Positions 10,213 through 23,500 of a stretch of 64,000 bases of DNA are shown piece by piece. Both the position numbers and the translations under genes were made by a program. The notes under the pieces were generated by a model that saw nothing but the letters and a program-made list of their open reading frames with translations, was not told the origin of the DNA and did no database searches. Source of the DNA: Camelus ferus (Eukaryota); NCBI RefSeq assembly GCF_009834535.1, contig NC_045698.1:13952001-14016000 (forward strand), written 5' to 3'. How positions within the stretch are numbered: the stretch's first letter is position 1; each line of letters opens with the position of its first letter.

Positions 10213-12305
10213 TTTTGACTTTATTTCTTAGAGCAGTTTTAGATCCTCAGCAAAATGAAGAAAGTGCAGTTGCCATGTACATTCCTTGCCCTGACACACA
10301 TAGCTTCCCCCACGATCACCATTCTGCATCAGAGTGATGCATTTGTTACAGCTGATGACCCCACACTAACACATCATGATCACCCAAAGTACATAATTTA
10401 CAGTAGGATCACTCTTGGTGGTGTACATTCCATGGGTTTGGACACATGTATAATGGCATATATCTATCATTACAGTATCACACAGAATAATTTAACTCCC
10501 CTAAAAATTCTCACTGCTCCAGTGTTTCAACCTTGCTTCCCCTCAACCCTTGATTTATACTGACTTTTTACTGTCTCCATAATTTTGCCTTTTCCAGAAT
10601 GTCACACAATTGGAATCCTACAGTGTGTAGTTTTTTCAGATTGGCTTCTTCAACTAGCAATAGGCACTTAAGGATCCTCCAGGTCTTTTTATGGCTTGAT
10701 AGCTCATTTTCTTTTAGTGCTGAATAATATTCCTTTATTTGGATGTGCCACAGTTTGTTTATTCATTCACCTGCTGAAGGACATCTTGGTTATTTCCAAG
10801 ATTTTATGATTATGAATAAATGTATAAACATCCGTGTGCAGGTTTTAGTGTGGACATAAAACTTCTTTAAGTAAATACCAATGTGATTGCTGGATCTTAT
10901 ACTAAGAGTATGTCTTGTAAGAAACTGTCAAACTGTCTTTGAAAATGGTTGTACCATTTTCACTCCAACCAATCATGAATGAGTTCTGCTGCTCCACATC
11001 TTTGTTAGCTTTTGGTGCTGTCAGTATTCAGATTTTGGCTATTCTATCAGGTGTGTAGTGGTATCTCACTGTTGTTTTTATTATTTTTTAATAAGCACTT
11101 ATTTTAGTTCTTTTTTTTTTTTACCACTGGAGGTAGTGGGGATTGAATCCAGGACCTTGTACATGTTAAGCATGCACTCTACCACTGTTGTTTTAAAAGA
11201 CACATGATGATGGAAAATTTTTTCATAGCTTATTTCCATATGTATGTCTTCTTTGGTGAGATGTCTGTAAGATCCATTTTTTAAAGCAGGTTATTTGTTT
11301 TCTTATTGTTGAGTTTTAAGAGTTATTTGTATATTTTAGGTAACAGTCCTTTATCAGGTATGTCTTTAGCAAATATATTCTCTCGGGCTATGACTTGTCT
11401 TCTTATTCTCTTGACAGGGTTTTTCACAGTATAGAAGTTTTCAATTATTTAAAAATTCAGATTATCAATTATTTCATGAATCATGACTGTGGTGTTGTTA
11501 TCTAAAATGTTATAGCCATATCCAAGATCATCTAGGATTTCTTCTGTTACCTCCTAGTAATTTTTTAGTTTTGTATTTTATATTTGGGTCTGTGATACCT
11601 TATGAGTTCCTTTTTGATAAGGGTGTAATATCTTGATACACATTAAAAATATGTGTCATTTTTTGCATGTGGCTCTCAATTTGTTCCAGCACCATTTGTT
11701 TAAAAATGACACATTTTTCTCTGTTGTATTACATTTGCTCCTTCATCAAAGGTCAGTTGATTACATGTATGAGGAATTGTTTGTGGGCTTTCTAATCTGT
11801 TCCATCAATATTTTTGTCTATTCTTTCATCAATACCACACTGTCTTGGTTACTATATCTTTAGAGTAAATCTTGAAGTAGGGTACTGTCAGTCTTCTTAA
11901 TTTGTTTTTCTCCTTTAATATTGTGCTATCTATTCTGGTCCTTTGCCTCTACATATAAACTTTAAAACTAGTTTGTCAATACCCACAAAATAACTTTTTG
12001 TGATTTTGACTGATATTCCATTGAATCTACAGATAAAGTCTGGAAGAACTGACATCTTGACAATATTGAGTCTTCCTGTCACGATATAAACATGAAATGC
12101 ATCTCCCTTTATTTAGTTCTTATTTGTTTATTTCATGAGTGTTTTGTTGTTTTCCTCATATAGATCTTGTACCCCTTTTGTTAGATTTATATAGAGGAAG
12201 CTATCTAAATGGTACTGTTTTTAAGTCAAAATCCACTTGTTCATTGCTGGTATATAGGAAAGAGAGTGACTTTTATATATTAATCTTGTATCCTGAAACC
12301 TTGCT
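10213..12305 (-). mobile_element. L1MC-type (L1MC1/2-like) LINE: 3' UTR and distal ORF2
   Basis: ttagagcagttttag..., cacccaaagtacataatttac..., gtacattccatgggtttggaca match recalled L1MC 3' ends (reverse); reverse ORF2-type sequence follows (ttgttccagcaccatttgtt, gaagaactgacatcttgacaatattgagtcttcc). Confidence 0.85.
11079..11187 (-). mobile_element. tRNA-derived SINE, camelid Vic-1-like, 5'-truncated, nested in the L1MC
   Basis: Minus strand reads cagtggtagagtgcatgcttaacatgtacaaggtcctggattcaatcccca (tRNA-Ala-like, with B box) plus an A-rich tail. TSD cactgttgtttt at 11067-11078 and 11183-11194. Confidence 0.85.
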
Positions 12306-13709
12306 CTCTCAAGACTGAATCCTTCAAAGTAGCTCCCACTGTGGGAAATGTGGACAGAACACACATTACAAGGACAGAGGAGGGGGTGAGGAGCCTCTGA
12401 TGGCCTGGCTCCAGCTTGCCAGTCAACTGGCATTGGCGTCCTCTGGATGACTCCCCAGCCTCCATAACAACTACTAAAGATGATTTCAGTGCAAGTGGGT
12501 CAAGACCATACTTTGACTACAATTAGAAAGATGAAATTCTGCCATTATGAATGTGTACATTTATTCACTTTTTATCTCCATCTTGTCATGTCTATAAATG
12601 CATGTATGGGGATACACACATGCACACAGGCAACAAATAATATGCAATAATAATAGATATTTTTCAAAACTGATGAAGCCTAAACTCATGTACAAGACTA
12701 GGATAAACTACACTTACACAGTTCAAGTAAGAAGTGATGCTTTTTTTGTTTGTTTGGCTTTTTCTGCCATGTATCTATGTACCCGCTAATTTTAATATAA
12801 CTTATTTCTGTCTTCTACATAAACATAATAAAGACTTACCACGTGGCCTTTTCATTAAGTAAATTTGCAAAGAAAAAGATACAAAGCAACCAAGTTAATC
12901 ACCATAAATTGCTGCATTGTTTGTTTGTTTAAAAATAAAGAAAACTCTCCGCTTTTCAATGTTTGCCAGGTAACTAGTAATGGCATATTCTGAATGTTTG
13001 TCTGATATGCTTCACTAGCAATGTTTACTTCAAAATTTTTAATGAGAATTGTTGCCTCCTATTCTCCTGTGGTACTGGGTTGAATCAACAGGATGTGATT
13101 ACCCTTGTACCATTTTGTTTTGTTTCTTATTACTTTTCTGGTAAATGATTGTAGGTGCCCCACTGCCTGCAAATTACCTTCTGACTACTGCTCCCCAATC
13201 ACCTTGATATATAGGGACTGGTAACTGGGAATTACTCTCTGCTGAATACAAGTTCATAACATTTGAAAACTCATTCGTAGTTGTAAACATTACTCGTTGA
13301 ACCTGACTCACCAGACCGCCATATGTTTTTGTTCCCTGACTGATAATAGTCATATAAAGCACTAGATCCTCCAAAATGCTTTCCTGTATTTTTACCCACT
13401 AAAAAGAATTTAAGATGGAAATGTATAAATCTAGTTTATTAGATAATACCACAGAAGATTGCAAAATAAAATCCCTAAAAGGCTCAAACAAATAAGCAAT
13501 AAAACATGGCATTCAAATTCTTACAAACACTTTCAAGGTACACATATGCATTTATAAGAGGAACCAGTAAGTTTTCTTCCATGTCTTAGGTACACATAAC
13601 TAATTTTGGCTCAGTTGCTTATTTTGCTTCTAAATTTGCTCAACTGCTCATTCATTTATTTAAAGTCTACTATTTATTATGTGATATCTGTTAAAATGCA
13701 TTGGAGTCC

Positions 13710-13897
13710 CAGTGTTTCTCTAATGGGGAACAAGGGTCACCTAATAACAAAATCACATGGAGTGACACGTATCATGCAGCTTCAAGGACACCATCTTAGA
13801 CCTACTGAATCAGAATCTGGGGCTGTGGGCCAGCATCGGTATTTGTAACAAGCCCCTTCCGTGATTCTCATGAATAGTTCAACCTGAGATATCCACC
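13710..13897. mobile_element. MER5-like hAT-Charlie MITE remnant
   Basis: cagtgtttctc start, core agacctactgaatcagaatctgggg, then taacaagcccc..gtgattct. Confidence 0.7.
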
Positions 13898-15984
13898 CAG
13901 AGTTGAGAACATTTGACATCTGGCCTCCAGATGCTCATACTTCATTGGAGGATTTATTTAAAATAATTAATATGAACATTGAGAGGTTTAGAAATGTTTC
14001 AAAGTTTCATTAACCATTTTCTATACAATGACATTTGACATCTTGGCAGTAATGATTCACCTTTCCAACTGCCTGCTTGTGTTCTTTATGTTAGCTATTA
14101 AATTGCTATTTGGTTCAACATTTAGTATATTGCATGCTATTTCTATTCAGCCATGCATTATGAATTTTCCCAACGGACTCTGTAAAGACAATTTGGCTTC
14201 CATAAATTCCTGTCTACACAGAAAGCAAAAACATTCAGACGTGGAATCTGTATGTTTCCGTCATCACCACACTTTTAGAAGTCTCTTTTTGTTCTTCATC
14301 ACCAATCCAATGTATATTGAGTACATGTGTTTCTGCTCTGTTTAAAATGTGGGATACAGAGACACATAGGCTAAAACTTATGACTTCAAAATATCATGAC
14401 TGAAGTGTTTCCTGGCAGGGAAATACATATGCAACTATGAAAAGTTAAGTAATATGGAAAACATTTAATTAAATGGCAGACAGAACCCAGACTTCAAAGG
14501 GCATAGTTATCACAATGGATGAGCATGACCAAGGAGTACTTTAGGGGCAAATGACATGTTTGTAGGATATGGATGATATATAAATGAATAGAGAAGTGGG
14601 GAGTCCCTGGAAAGGGGACCTGATATGAATAAAGGCATATAAAATGTGCATGGCAACATTGACAAAATTAGCTTCATTGGGAAATGACTGTAGAAGAATA
14701 TAAGAAATTAGGTACTCATTAATATCCCTTAAATATTTCTATGTTTTGTTCTTCAAATGACTGAATGTTTGAATAGTTCCCTTGCTGTCCCAGTGGAAAG
14801 TCAGAACTAAACAAATTTCACTGCTTATCAGGTGTTCAGGGTTGTGGTTGGACAGTTAGTTACCTCTACGGCTACATTTAGCCGATTGGAGACTTTATAA
14901 AGTTTCAGTGGATAACAGATTAAGTGTCAGATTTTTATTTATATTTTTGCTATACAATATATTTCATTTTTAAAGAAAAAAATTAGATATATGAAACACT
15001 GGCAATCCAGAATTCAAGGAAAAAAACATATTTAGCTTCAAGCTATGACTCACGGAATTAACAATCATAAATTCATGAAGGTTGACATTTTTATGCTATA
15101 GTAGGAAGATTCAATTTTTCCTCCTCTACATTTTTTTCTCTTTCTACCATTAAAATTGATGGTGAAGCATTTTATTTCTGCTGAGGAGAGAAAGGTGCAG
15201 AACTCACATTCTTTGACTATAGACGGTGACTCAGGCACTCCCTTCAGGTACATAGCTCCTATTTTTTCCCATATTATTCATGACAGAGAAAGCTCAAAAT
15301 TTAAATAAGTCTCTCTAGATCAGAAATTTGCAAAAGCTGAAATATAACCGAGAACTTCCTGACATTAAATGCCACGGTGACATCAGTTCAAGTTACTGAA
15401 GTCCTGGAACCTTGTGGAGCCTATAGGTAAGGCTTGAACTATTGTCCAGGAGAGATGGGGGTGGGAGGTGGCGGGGGGGAGAGAGAGAGCGAGAGAGAGA
15501 GAGACAAAGAAACAAAGAAGAGGAGATAGAGAGAAACCCTATCATAAAAACAGGTATTACTTTCTCTATGGATTGGGGGAAATAAATCAGACATATTCAA
15601 AGAATACGTTTTGTGTTTATGTATCATTAAAGATACTTCTGATTTAGAAGGTTTTATTTCTGTATTTTCTTTTTTTTTGCATTTTGCTTATTGTTTATAT
15701 CTGTTATTAGTGTTTCAGTGTGATCTGTAATTTCAAAAGATCAATCTTTCTAGATAACCATGCTGATAAAGTCATACGGCTGCCAGGGCAGTTGTGAAGG
15801 TCAAATATTCTACAGACTTTCAGGCTTTCAGTAAAGCTACTTCATTCAGCAAAAATGTATGAAGATAGCACTATATGGAGAACAATAAACTATCAACTTC
15901 AAAAAGGGCTTTCCTGGGTGGCAAAATTTCATTGGTGATGATGATGATGACAGTTATTAAGTCTTTATTAAGAATTAAGAAGAA

Positions 15985-16170
15985 TGCTTTATGCTAATTA
16001 TCATACTAATTTCTCACATTGACTGCCTGTGGAAGTTATTCAAATTATCCAAGAGGGAATGCAAGAACAAAAGGGTTAGGAAAATTGCTCAAGGACAGAT
16101 ACGTATGATAGAACCAGTATTCAGTCTATGCAGTTAGAATTCAGAGTCTGCTGTCACAATCATTACCTTC
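15985..16170 (-). mobile_element. MIR remnant
   Basis: agggttaggaaaattgctcaagg...agaaccagtattcag...tcagagtc resembles the reverse MIR core. Confidence 0.45.
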
Positions 16171-16945
16171 TGAGCTACTGATTCCTTGCAAGTAAATCGA
16201 GGAAAATACAGCAGAAGAGCCTGAAATAGATTCTGGAAGAATGTCTGCATCTTGGCAATGTGGCTTCAGAAGCAATCTCCATCTCTCTTGGCTAATTTGG
16301 GTTTTAATAGCCCTGGAATCAAAGTTCTGAGTATAATCAAGGAGATGTCAGAAAGATGGTGGAAAACCCTGGGTAACTGAAAGATCTGACTCCAAAAGAT
16401 GAGGATCAAGCCTTTTGTCCAACAGGAGAAAGAGTGAGAAACTTAGAAACCAAAGAATCATCTTGCTCCAAGTGGCCATTAGCCATTTATGGTCTTTTTG
16501 CAGGGTGTCAAATACCAATACCATTAATCACAGTTGCCCTATGCCTGCTTTGACCAATACAGTACAGTGGAAGTGACATTATGGCAATTTCTGCCCTGGA
16601 CTTAAGAGGATTGTAAGCTTCAACCTTGGTATACATGAGCTCAGAGCCTTCAGGTAAGAACTCCAGCTCCCCTGCTAGAGAAAGCACACAGAGATGCCCT
16701 GAGATGAAAAGGGTTAGGGATACCTCTGAGCCCAGTTTCTCAGCTCTTCCCACTGAGGCACTGGGCGTAGGAGTGGATTCAGCTTTGAATGAGTCCAGGT
16801 GTCAGCAGAATGCTATCAAGTAACCAAGCTAATGCCACAGGGCTCAAGAAATTGCCCAGATAACCCCAACTTCTTGGCTTCCAAAATCACTGTGGTTTTG
16901 AAAGTTCTGGGTTGGGGTCATTTGCAATGGCATTCAAATTTAGAA

Positions 16946-17265
16946 TACACACACAAACACACACACATACAGATAAATATGCACATGTACACATATACAG
17001 ATACATATGCATACACACATTTATACAAGCATACATATATACATATATATACACACACACACACACACAACATACATTTAAACACATACTTTTTTTCCTC
17101 TCCGAGAAGTAAATGAAGGTTTGCTTTCTATACTACCTCTAACACCATTAAATCAAGGCTATATATTTCCTAAATACGGTTTTCTCTTCTCCCTCCTTCC
17201 CCTCCCCCTTTACCTCCCCTCCCTCTCCCCCCATCTCTCTACCCCCCCATCCTACCCTTCTCTCC
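16946..17265. repeat. Degenerate (CA/TA)n tract (16946-17075) followed by a C-rich polypyrimidine tract (17181-17265)
   Basis: Low-complexity sequence seen directly. Confidence 0.85.
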
Positions 17266-20200
17266 AGAGCTGGAGTGCATACACAGAAACACATACACAT
17301 CAAATACTACAGCTATAGTACATGTATATATATTTCATGAGTTCAGGTAATAAACAGAAGAGGGAAGATAAAATTGACCTTTGTATAATTGATGTGTAAT
17401 GAACACAGGGAATACAACTTCCTGTAAACACTGAAATTAAGACTCTTATCATCTGGAAATTTGCACTCTACGGGGAGTAATAAAATTATATGTGATATTT
17501 ATGAGATCTTTTCAATCAAGATAATTAGAAATGTAATTTCAAATTTTATAATATCAGATAAAATATTTTATTATAAGATACTGAATGCAGACATACTCTA
17601 TCTTAAATATAAATGTATTTTCTTAGAAAACAATAATAAACTAATAATAAAAAAAGAAATCTAGAAATAGTCAAGTATAATTTTTCCAAAATAGCACATT
17701 CATGTGGTTTATAGAAACCTGATAGACTCAAAATATAAACAACAAAAAAGAAATACTAAGTTTACCATGTAGATATATTATGCATTGCTTAAATATTGCT
17801 ATATGTCTCTGTTATTCTGCTTCTTATTTTTTCTACAATTTATTTTTTCTCTTTAATTTTTTTCTTATGATGGTTAAAATGAATTTAAAAATGTAAAATG
17901 CTTTTATATAGGATTTTTTTGGTTGCAGCTGCTATTTAAGAAAGGGTCTTTAATATGACTATATCAAAAATCTTTGGAATATTTGTTGTTGAGACAATTT
18001 TATTTAAAGCCATTTAATTAAGAAAAAATATCAAAGCATTCCCTTATAAAATATGTGCATACTAATGAACATCCAGTTTTATTAGTAATGGCACAGTTGA
18101 CAACATAGGCCCATAAGTAACTCAAAATTGATAATTTCTCCTGTAATACCAATTTACTTATTGTGTCATGTGCTTTCTTGATTTTTTAAAAGAAAGTTTT
18201 ATTTTTCTTTTGGAGTATTATTTTATTTTACAACACATTGTATCATACTCTAATAATCAGAGAAGACATTGCCATATGCAATAAGCTATTTATCACAATA
18301 GGCATGCTATAACTGTGGATATGTAAATATGCACATATATTAGCTACACGTGTTTTATATGCTACATAACAAATAGTAGTACTGAAACAAACTCATATGA
18401 ACAATCTGTAAAATTATCTGTAAGATTTCAAGGGTATACACACACTATGAGTTGCATTTCCCTTGGCACATAATTTAACATTGAATCCTTAAGGGCATCT
18501 GTGGAGAATTCAAGCGGCTATCAAGTTTCTGAGAATAAGAATTCGAATGTAGCCAGGGTGATCATGGTACATTCAAGGAGCAACGTAAGAAAAGTGCAAA
18601 TATAACTGAAAAATATGGTAAAGCAGTTTTCAGGCTTTCAAGAAGCCTCTCATGTACAAAGACCAGCTAAAGTGGAAACATCACAAAGTCAATTATTTAT
18701 GATTCTCCCTAGATTTTACTGGAAACTTTAAAAATGATAAGAGATTAACATGTTTGACAGTATTTGGAGGGAGATATTATGCAGTAAACAATTCAATTAT
18801 AGATGTCTGATAGCCATTAGATAACTTACAGATAAATGTATTATTACTTAACGAGTGTCCATTGTGGCTCCAGTATCACGGAGAGGCAGTAGTGAAACCA
18901 TGTGAACAGGGAAACTAATTGTGAATATCCCTTACAAGCACAGTGGCATGTCGCATTAAGTAGCAGGAACATTAAGCGGCTCAAAGAAACATGGAAGTTT
19001 TATAGAGAGAGTCTTATTCCTGGGAGAGAGGTTTCCTCATGTGTTAAAGCCTTATCTGTCCACACTCTGAACGGTTCAGGTGAGCAATCATAGTAGCTTG
19101 GGTGCCCTCTTAGCATTTACTGAGTGTAAGTATTGCATAAATTAATAATCTGGTACCCTGCTTAACTAGCAACTAAGTGGTAATAACAGAATATACAACA
19201 TAGAAGATTGCTCTATTCTAATTTAAACGCTATTTACAAGACATTCGAGTGCTTGTTGACTTACATAAATGTAAAATGCTGCTTTCACTGTGTGACAGAA
19301 GAATAGCATAGGATCCATCCCTGTTTGACAACCTGATGCACAGAAGCTGAATCTATCAACATATAGATTTTGATCCTTTGATGAACAATGAATAGAAAGT
19401 CCTTCTCACTGGAAAGATGAGTCTGAAAGAACTATTCTTATGTGATTTTGTAAAACGGGGCTTTTAATCAGTGTCTGAACATTTTTGTAGAAAAGGATTT
19501 CTGAGAAAGAAAAAAGTAACTAAGGAGCACACGTCAAAGAACAGTTTTATTCTACCAAGCTGTACAGTTTTACTGTGGTTTCCTAATATTTGGATTTATG
19601 AAGTAACATATTGTTGATGGGTTAAATTGCAAGCAGGGGAAAAGAAGGAAAGATTGGAAACCGAAATAGGTCATTTTGTTGATTACTGAAAACACTGAAT
19701 AATTTAATGTGTTGCTCAAAAAAGGAATTTGTGTTGAAAAAAAAAAAACAGATTTATTGAAAATCTACTCCATGATAGAAAAATTCAAAAGTTTTATCTT
19801 GCGTATGTTGGATAGAAATGTGAACCACCAAATAGCAAAATCAGACAGCTAAAATAGAAAGTTGCATCCAAATGTTAATTTTCACTTTGTTTCTCCAGTG
19901 ATCATAAACAGATAGATTAATAGTAAAAGCTAACAGGCATAGGCATTCTTGGATCTCTTTCTGTGTTGTGACTAAAGTAAACATCTCCTCAATCTTTGCC
20001 TAACACATGCTGTGGGTACCTGTCATCTAAAAAATGAAAAATGTACAGTCCCCTGTAATTCTGCAATTCTTGTTGACAAATCTCAAAAAAAAAAAAAAGA
20101 GTTGTCTATATACTGTATGAAGTTGTTCCTGTGGCTGAGGCAAAGATTTCGGTGCAGGGTATTTATCAGGGAGCAAATGTAAAGGAGGGGAGGGAGCATG

Positions 20201-20689
20201 GGTGACCAGAGGAAGATATTATCGGGGACGCAGGTCTAACAAAGATGAGGCTAATGCTGCAGGGATACACAGTCTGCCTGAGTGTCCAGCACACTCAGTC
20301 ACTGGATGAGGGTTATCCCAGAAATGACGTGACTTCAGCAAGCCGTGTATCAGCACCTGAGACAGATCTTGAAGGAGGCTCGGGAGTGGGGTGCTGCACG
20401 TACTTCCCATGCTGGGCTGCAAGTCCTTCCTTACAGGGGATGGGCATTTGCGTCTACCTCACAGCGATCCTAGGTCATTTCCTCTCATGTCAAGCCCCTC
20501 CAGTGAAGCTGCGGTCTACACTAAAAACGCTCACGTGCTCTTTCCCTTCAATACTTCTCCTATTGCCAAGTCCAATGGATTATGTCTGTACTCATCTCAT
20601 CAGCAGCAAATTGCCCACAGTCTACTATTCGTAACTCTCCCAAAGACTTCGTTTTTTGATCTCTCTCAGTTTTACTCTCTGATGTTTTG

Positions 20690-20860
20690 GATTGTCATCC
20701 CACTAATTTACTTACTGTCATTATACTCATTTACTTATTAATTTTGACAATTGCTTGTCCTTTTCCACTGGAATAAAAGCTCCACGAGGCCAAAGAGTTT
20801 CATTTGTGGTGTTTTCGTTGCTATGCCCTCATTGCTAAAACAATCTCCGACCCAGAATTT
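20690..20860 (+). mobile_element. L2 3'-end fragment
   Basis: ccactggaataaaagctccacgaggccaaagagttt resembles L2 'ctagaatgtaagctccatgagggcagggact'. Confidence 0.55.
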
Positions 20861-20982
20861 TCTTCAGTGAAAATTGAATAAAGGAAGCCTCAAAAAACCC
20901 ACAGAAGTGCATTGTAGCATCATAAACTAAAATGGATATAAAATAAGTTACTAAATTTAATGTATTTCCTTTGGATATTGAA

Positions 20983-21414
20983 GATATTAGTTGGTAGGGT
21001 TGCTGTAACAAAGTACTACAAATGGGGCTGTGTAAAACCCAAAATTCATCTCTCAATTCTGGAAGCTAAGAATCTGAAATCAAGATATTGGCATGGTCAG
21101 CTCCTTCTGCGGGCTGTGAGGGGTGGATCTGTTCCAGGCCCCCCTCCTTGGCTTATAGATGACTGTTTCCACACTCACATGGCATCCTCCCTCTATCTTC
21201 AAATCATCTTTCCTCTGTGATAGCTCTATGCCCAAATTTCCTATTTTATAAGGACACCAGTCAAATTATATTACGGCTCACTCTGTGAATCCACTTTAAC
21301 TTGATTTACCTCTGCAAAGACCCTGTCCTCAATTCAGGTCACGTTCTGAGGTACTGGGGGTTAGGAATTCAACATGTGAATTTGGGGGTAGGAGGTACAA
21401 TTCAACCCATGACA
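20983..21414 (-). mobile_element. MaLR solo LTR (MLT1B/MLT1C-like)
   Basis: tattag..agggttgctgtaacaaagtactacaaa, ttataaggacaccagtca, ttacctctgcaaagaccct, ggtcacgttctgaggtactgggggttagg, caattcaacccatgaca. Confidence 0.88.
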
Positions 21415-21952
21415 CTAAGAAGAAAAGTAAATTACACCAAGAAAATATGGATATATGTTGAATATGTGAGCCTTTTCTTTGAGCCTTTATTATAGAAACT
21501 CTTTTAGGTAAAATCATGTCAGTTTGACCAAAAAAAGGATTGTGAAATATGTGAAAGAACACAACGCCACAGAAAAGATGGAAGCAAAGACTTTTGTGTG
21601 GGCAGTCTGAAAGATCAATCAAAGAATAGAGATTACACAAGTGTATGATCAGGAAGAGTGGCTTTGAATTCCTTTATCATGTGAGATGTAAAGAGTCATT
21701 CATTCTTTTAGCTAGTAGTTAGAGTGCCCAGAAAAATCCAGAAACTGTCCTGGGGCAGAAAAATCACTGACCTCACGAAGCATACATTCTACAGAGGGCA
21801 GATTAGGGAGAATAAAAAGGAGGATAATTACCTACATTATATGTAGATTAGATGGTGTTAATTCAAGCTGGGGGGGAATGAAGCACTTGGTTTGGGCTTA
21901 CAGGTTTAACTAGAACTGTAATAGTGGGACCTAGTTTTAACTAGGACTGTAC

Positions 21953-22925
21953 TAGTGGCTGTTGGAGTTAGCTAGTTCTGGCTCACAAGAGTTGATTGTT
22001 AAAATCTCAAGAGTTTAGACAGCTAGTTAAAAAATGTAGTCGTTGCTAATGATTAAATTATATACATTTACAATTCAACATCGTATCTTAGAAAATAAAA
22101 AATCTGAAAACTCATTACTTTCTAAGTTGAATTACTGTATTTTACTGTTAATTATGCTCTTGATGTTATTTGTGTCTATTTTATCTGTGTGGTGGAAATG
22201 CTATAAAATTATGTACACCTACTCATCCTTTCCCAACTATACATCCAGAGGTGTCATACGGGCAACTTGAAAATCATTGGCAATGGAAATACTTCCACAA
22301 TGAAATTCAGAAAATGTTGATTAAATCAAGGCTTAATTCATTGAGTTAGTGATTGTCTAGACTTGAGAAAGAAAAGGAAAAAGCATAAATAAAGCATATT
22401 AAAATCATACGTGTAGCCTTTAGATGTGAATAACACAAGAGTTGAAGAAACATTCTAATATAAACTATTCAACTTAGCAGGAAAAAGGTGGCTCATATAA
22501 CTGATGAGAAACTAAAGTTGTACAAACAGCTTTTATCTACATGTTAATGTAAGCAAAAATATCAACCGACACCTAAGCCAGAACTAAACTCATTTGTCAA
22601 TGACCTGAGCAACTTCTTTGCTGAATCAGACAGTAATCAAGCATTTATTTGCAGTAGGATTTTTGTCGATATTCATTGGATTGCAACAATGAGTTGTGTG
22701 TGGATGCAGGAGTTTGGCAAAAATCAATGCAGGCATTCTGCAAGAATCAATAGGCTATATGGAATTTATAAAAAAGAGTGATGCATAATTTATAATCGTT
22801 TGTAAATTTGGGTGCTACACATCAATTACATCAGTAAAATTTACAATAAACAAATATATATATATATATACTTATACACATGCTTACATATTTGTGGTTG
22901 TTAAATATTTACAAGCACATCAGTA
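21953..22925 (+). mobile_element. MER63-family (MER63C/D-like) hAT-Blackjack non-autonomous DNA transposon, near full length
   Basis: agtggctgttggag..ggctcacaagagttgattgttaaa start; aaaactcattactttctaa; gagtttggcaaaaatcaa; ggctatatggaattta; end ggttgttaaatatttacaagcacatcagt. Confidence 0.85.
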
Positions 22926-23500
22926 ACAGCTAGCATTAAATGGATTTGAAAGAGGTGAGAGGGAAAAGTTCCAGGCCAAAAGAGTAACAAGTGCAAATGC
23001 TTTAATGTGGCTACTTTTTAGGTTGTTTGAGGGAAAGCTGTGAGGCCAGCATCTCTAAAGCAAAAAGAAGATGAAGAAGAGGGGATGAGATCAGAATGAC
23101 AGGCCACGTCATTGACAAGCATGTAAATTACTGTAGTGCTTTTGACTTGGGTCATAAATGAGATAGGGAACCACTGGAAGGTTAAGTAGATACGAAATGA
23201 AGAAAAGGATGAGGTGAGGCACTTTGGAGCACATTTCTAAGGATGAGGTGTCTGATTGGAAGTGGAGTGTGAGGGAAAGGAAGTGATTCAAATGGCATGA
23301 AGGCATCTGGCTTAAGGGCTTGGGTCAGTGGGGAACCCCTCTACAAGATTGGAAGTGTAAGATAAAGATCAATGAAGAGAGTGTTAATTCAAGGCTATAT
23401 TGACTTTTATGTGCTTGAGAGCTATCTCTGCAAAAAAGACTGATGGGTAGTTGAACACATGGTGTTCGTAGAAGGGTCTGGGTTGGCGAGTCAAGACTAT
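22926..23500 (-). mobile_element. L2 remnant; its 3' part appears to continue at ~21700-21900, split by MER63
   Basis: Purine-rich reverse L2 motifs: ttccaggccaaaagagtaacaagtgcaaatgc, gagatagggaaccactggaagg. Confidence 0.65.

Noticed and set aside
11125..11187. tRNA-Ala gene
   Set aside because: The 5' acceptor stem and part of the A box are missing, and an A-tail and TSD are present, so it is a SINE.
22465..22640. Degenerate inverted repeat inside MER63
   Set aside because: As recalled, this is part of the MER63D consensus, so the element explains it.
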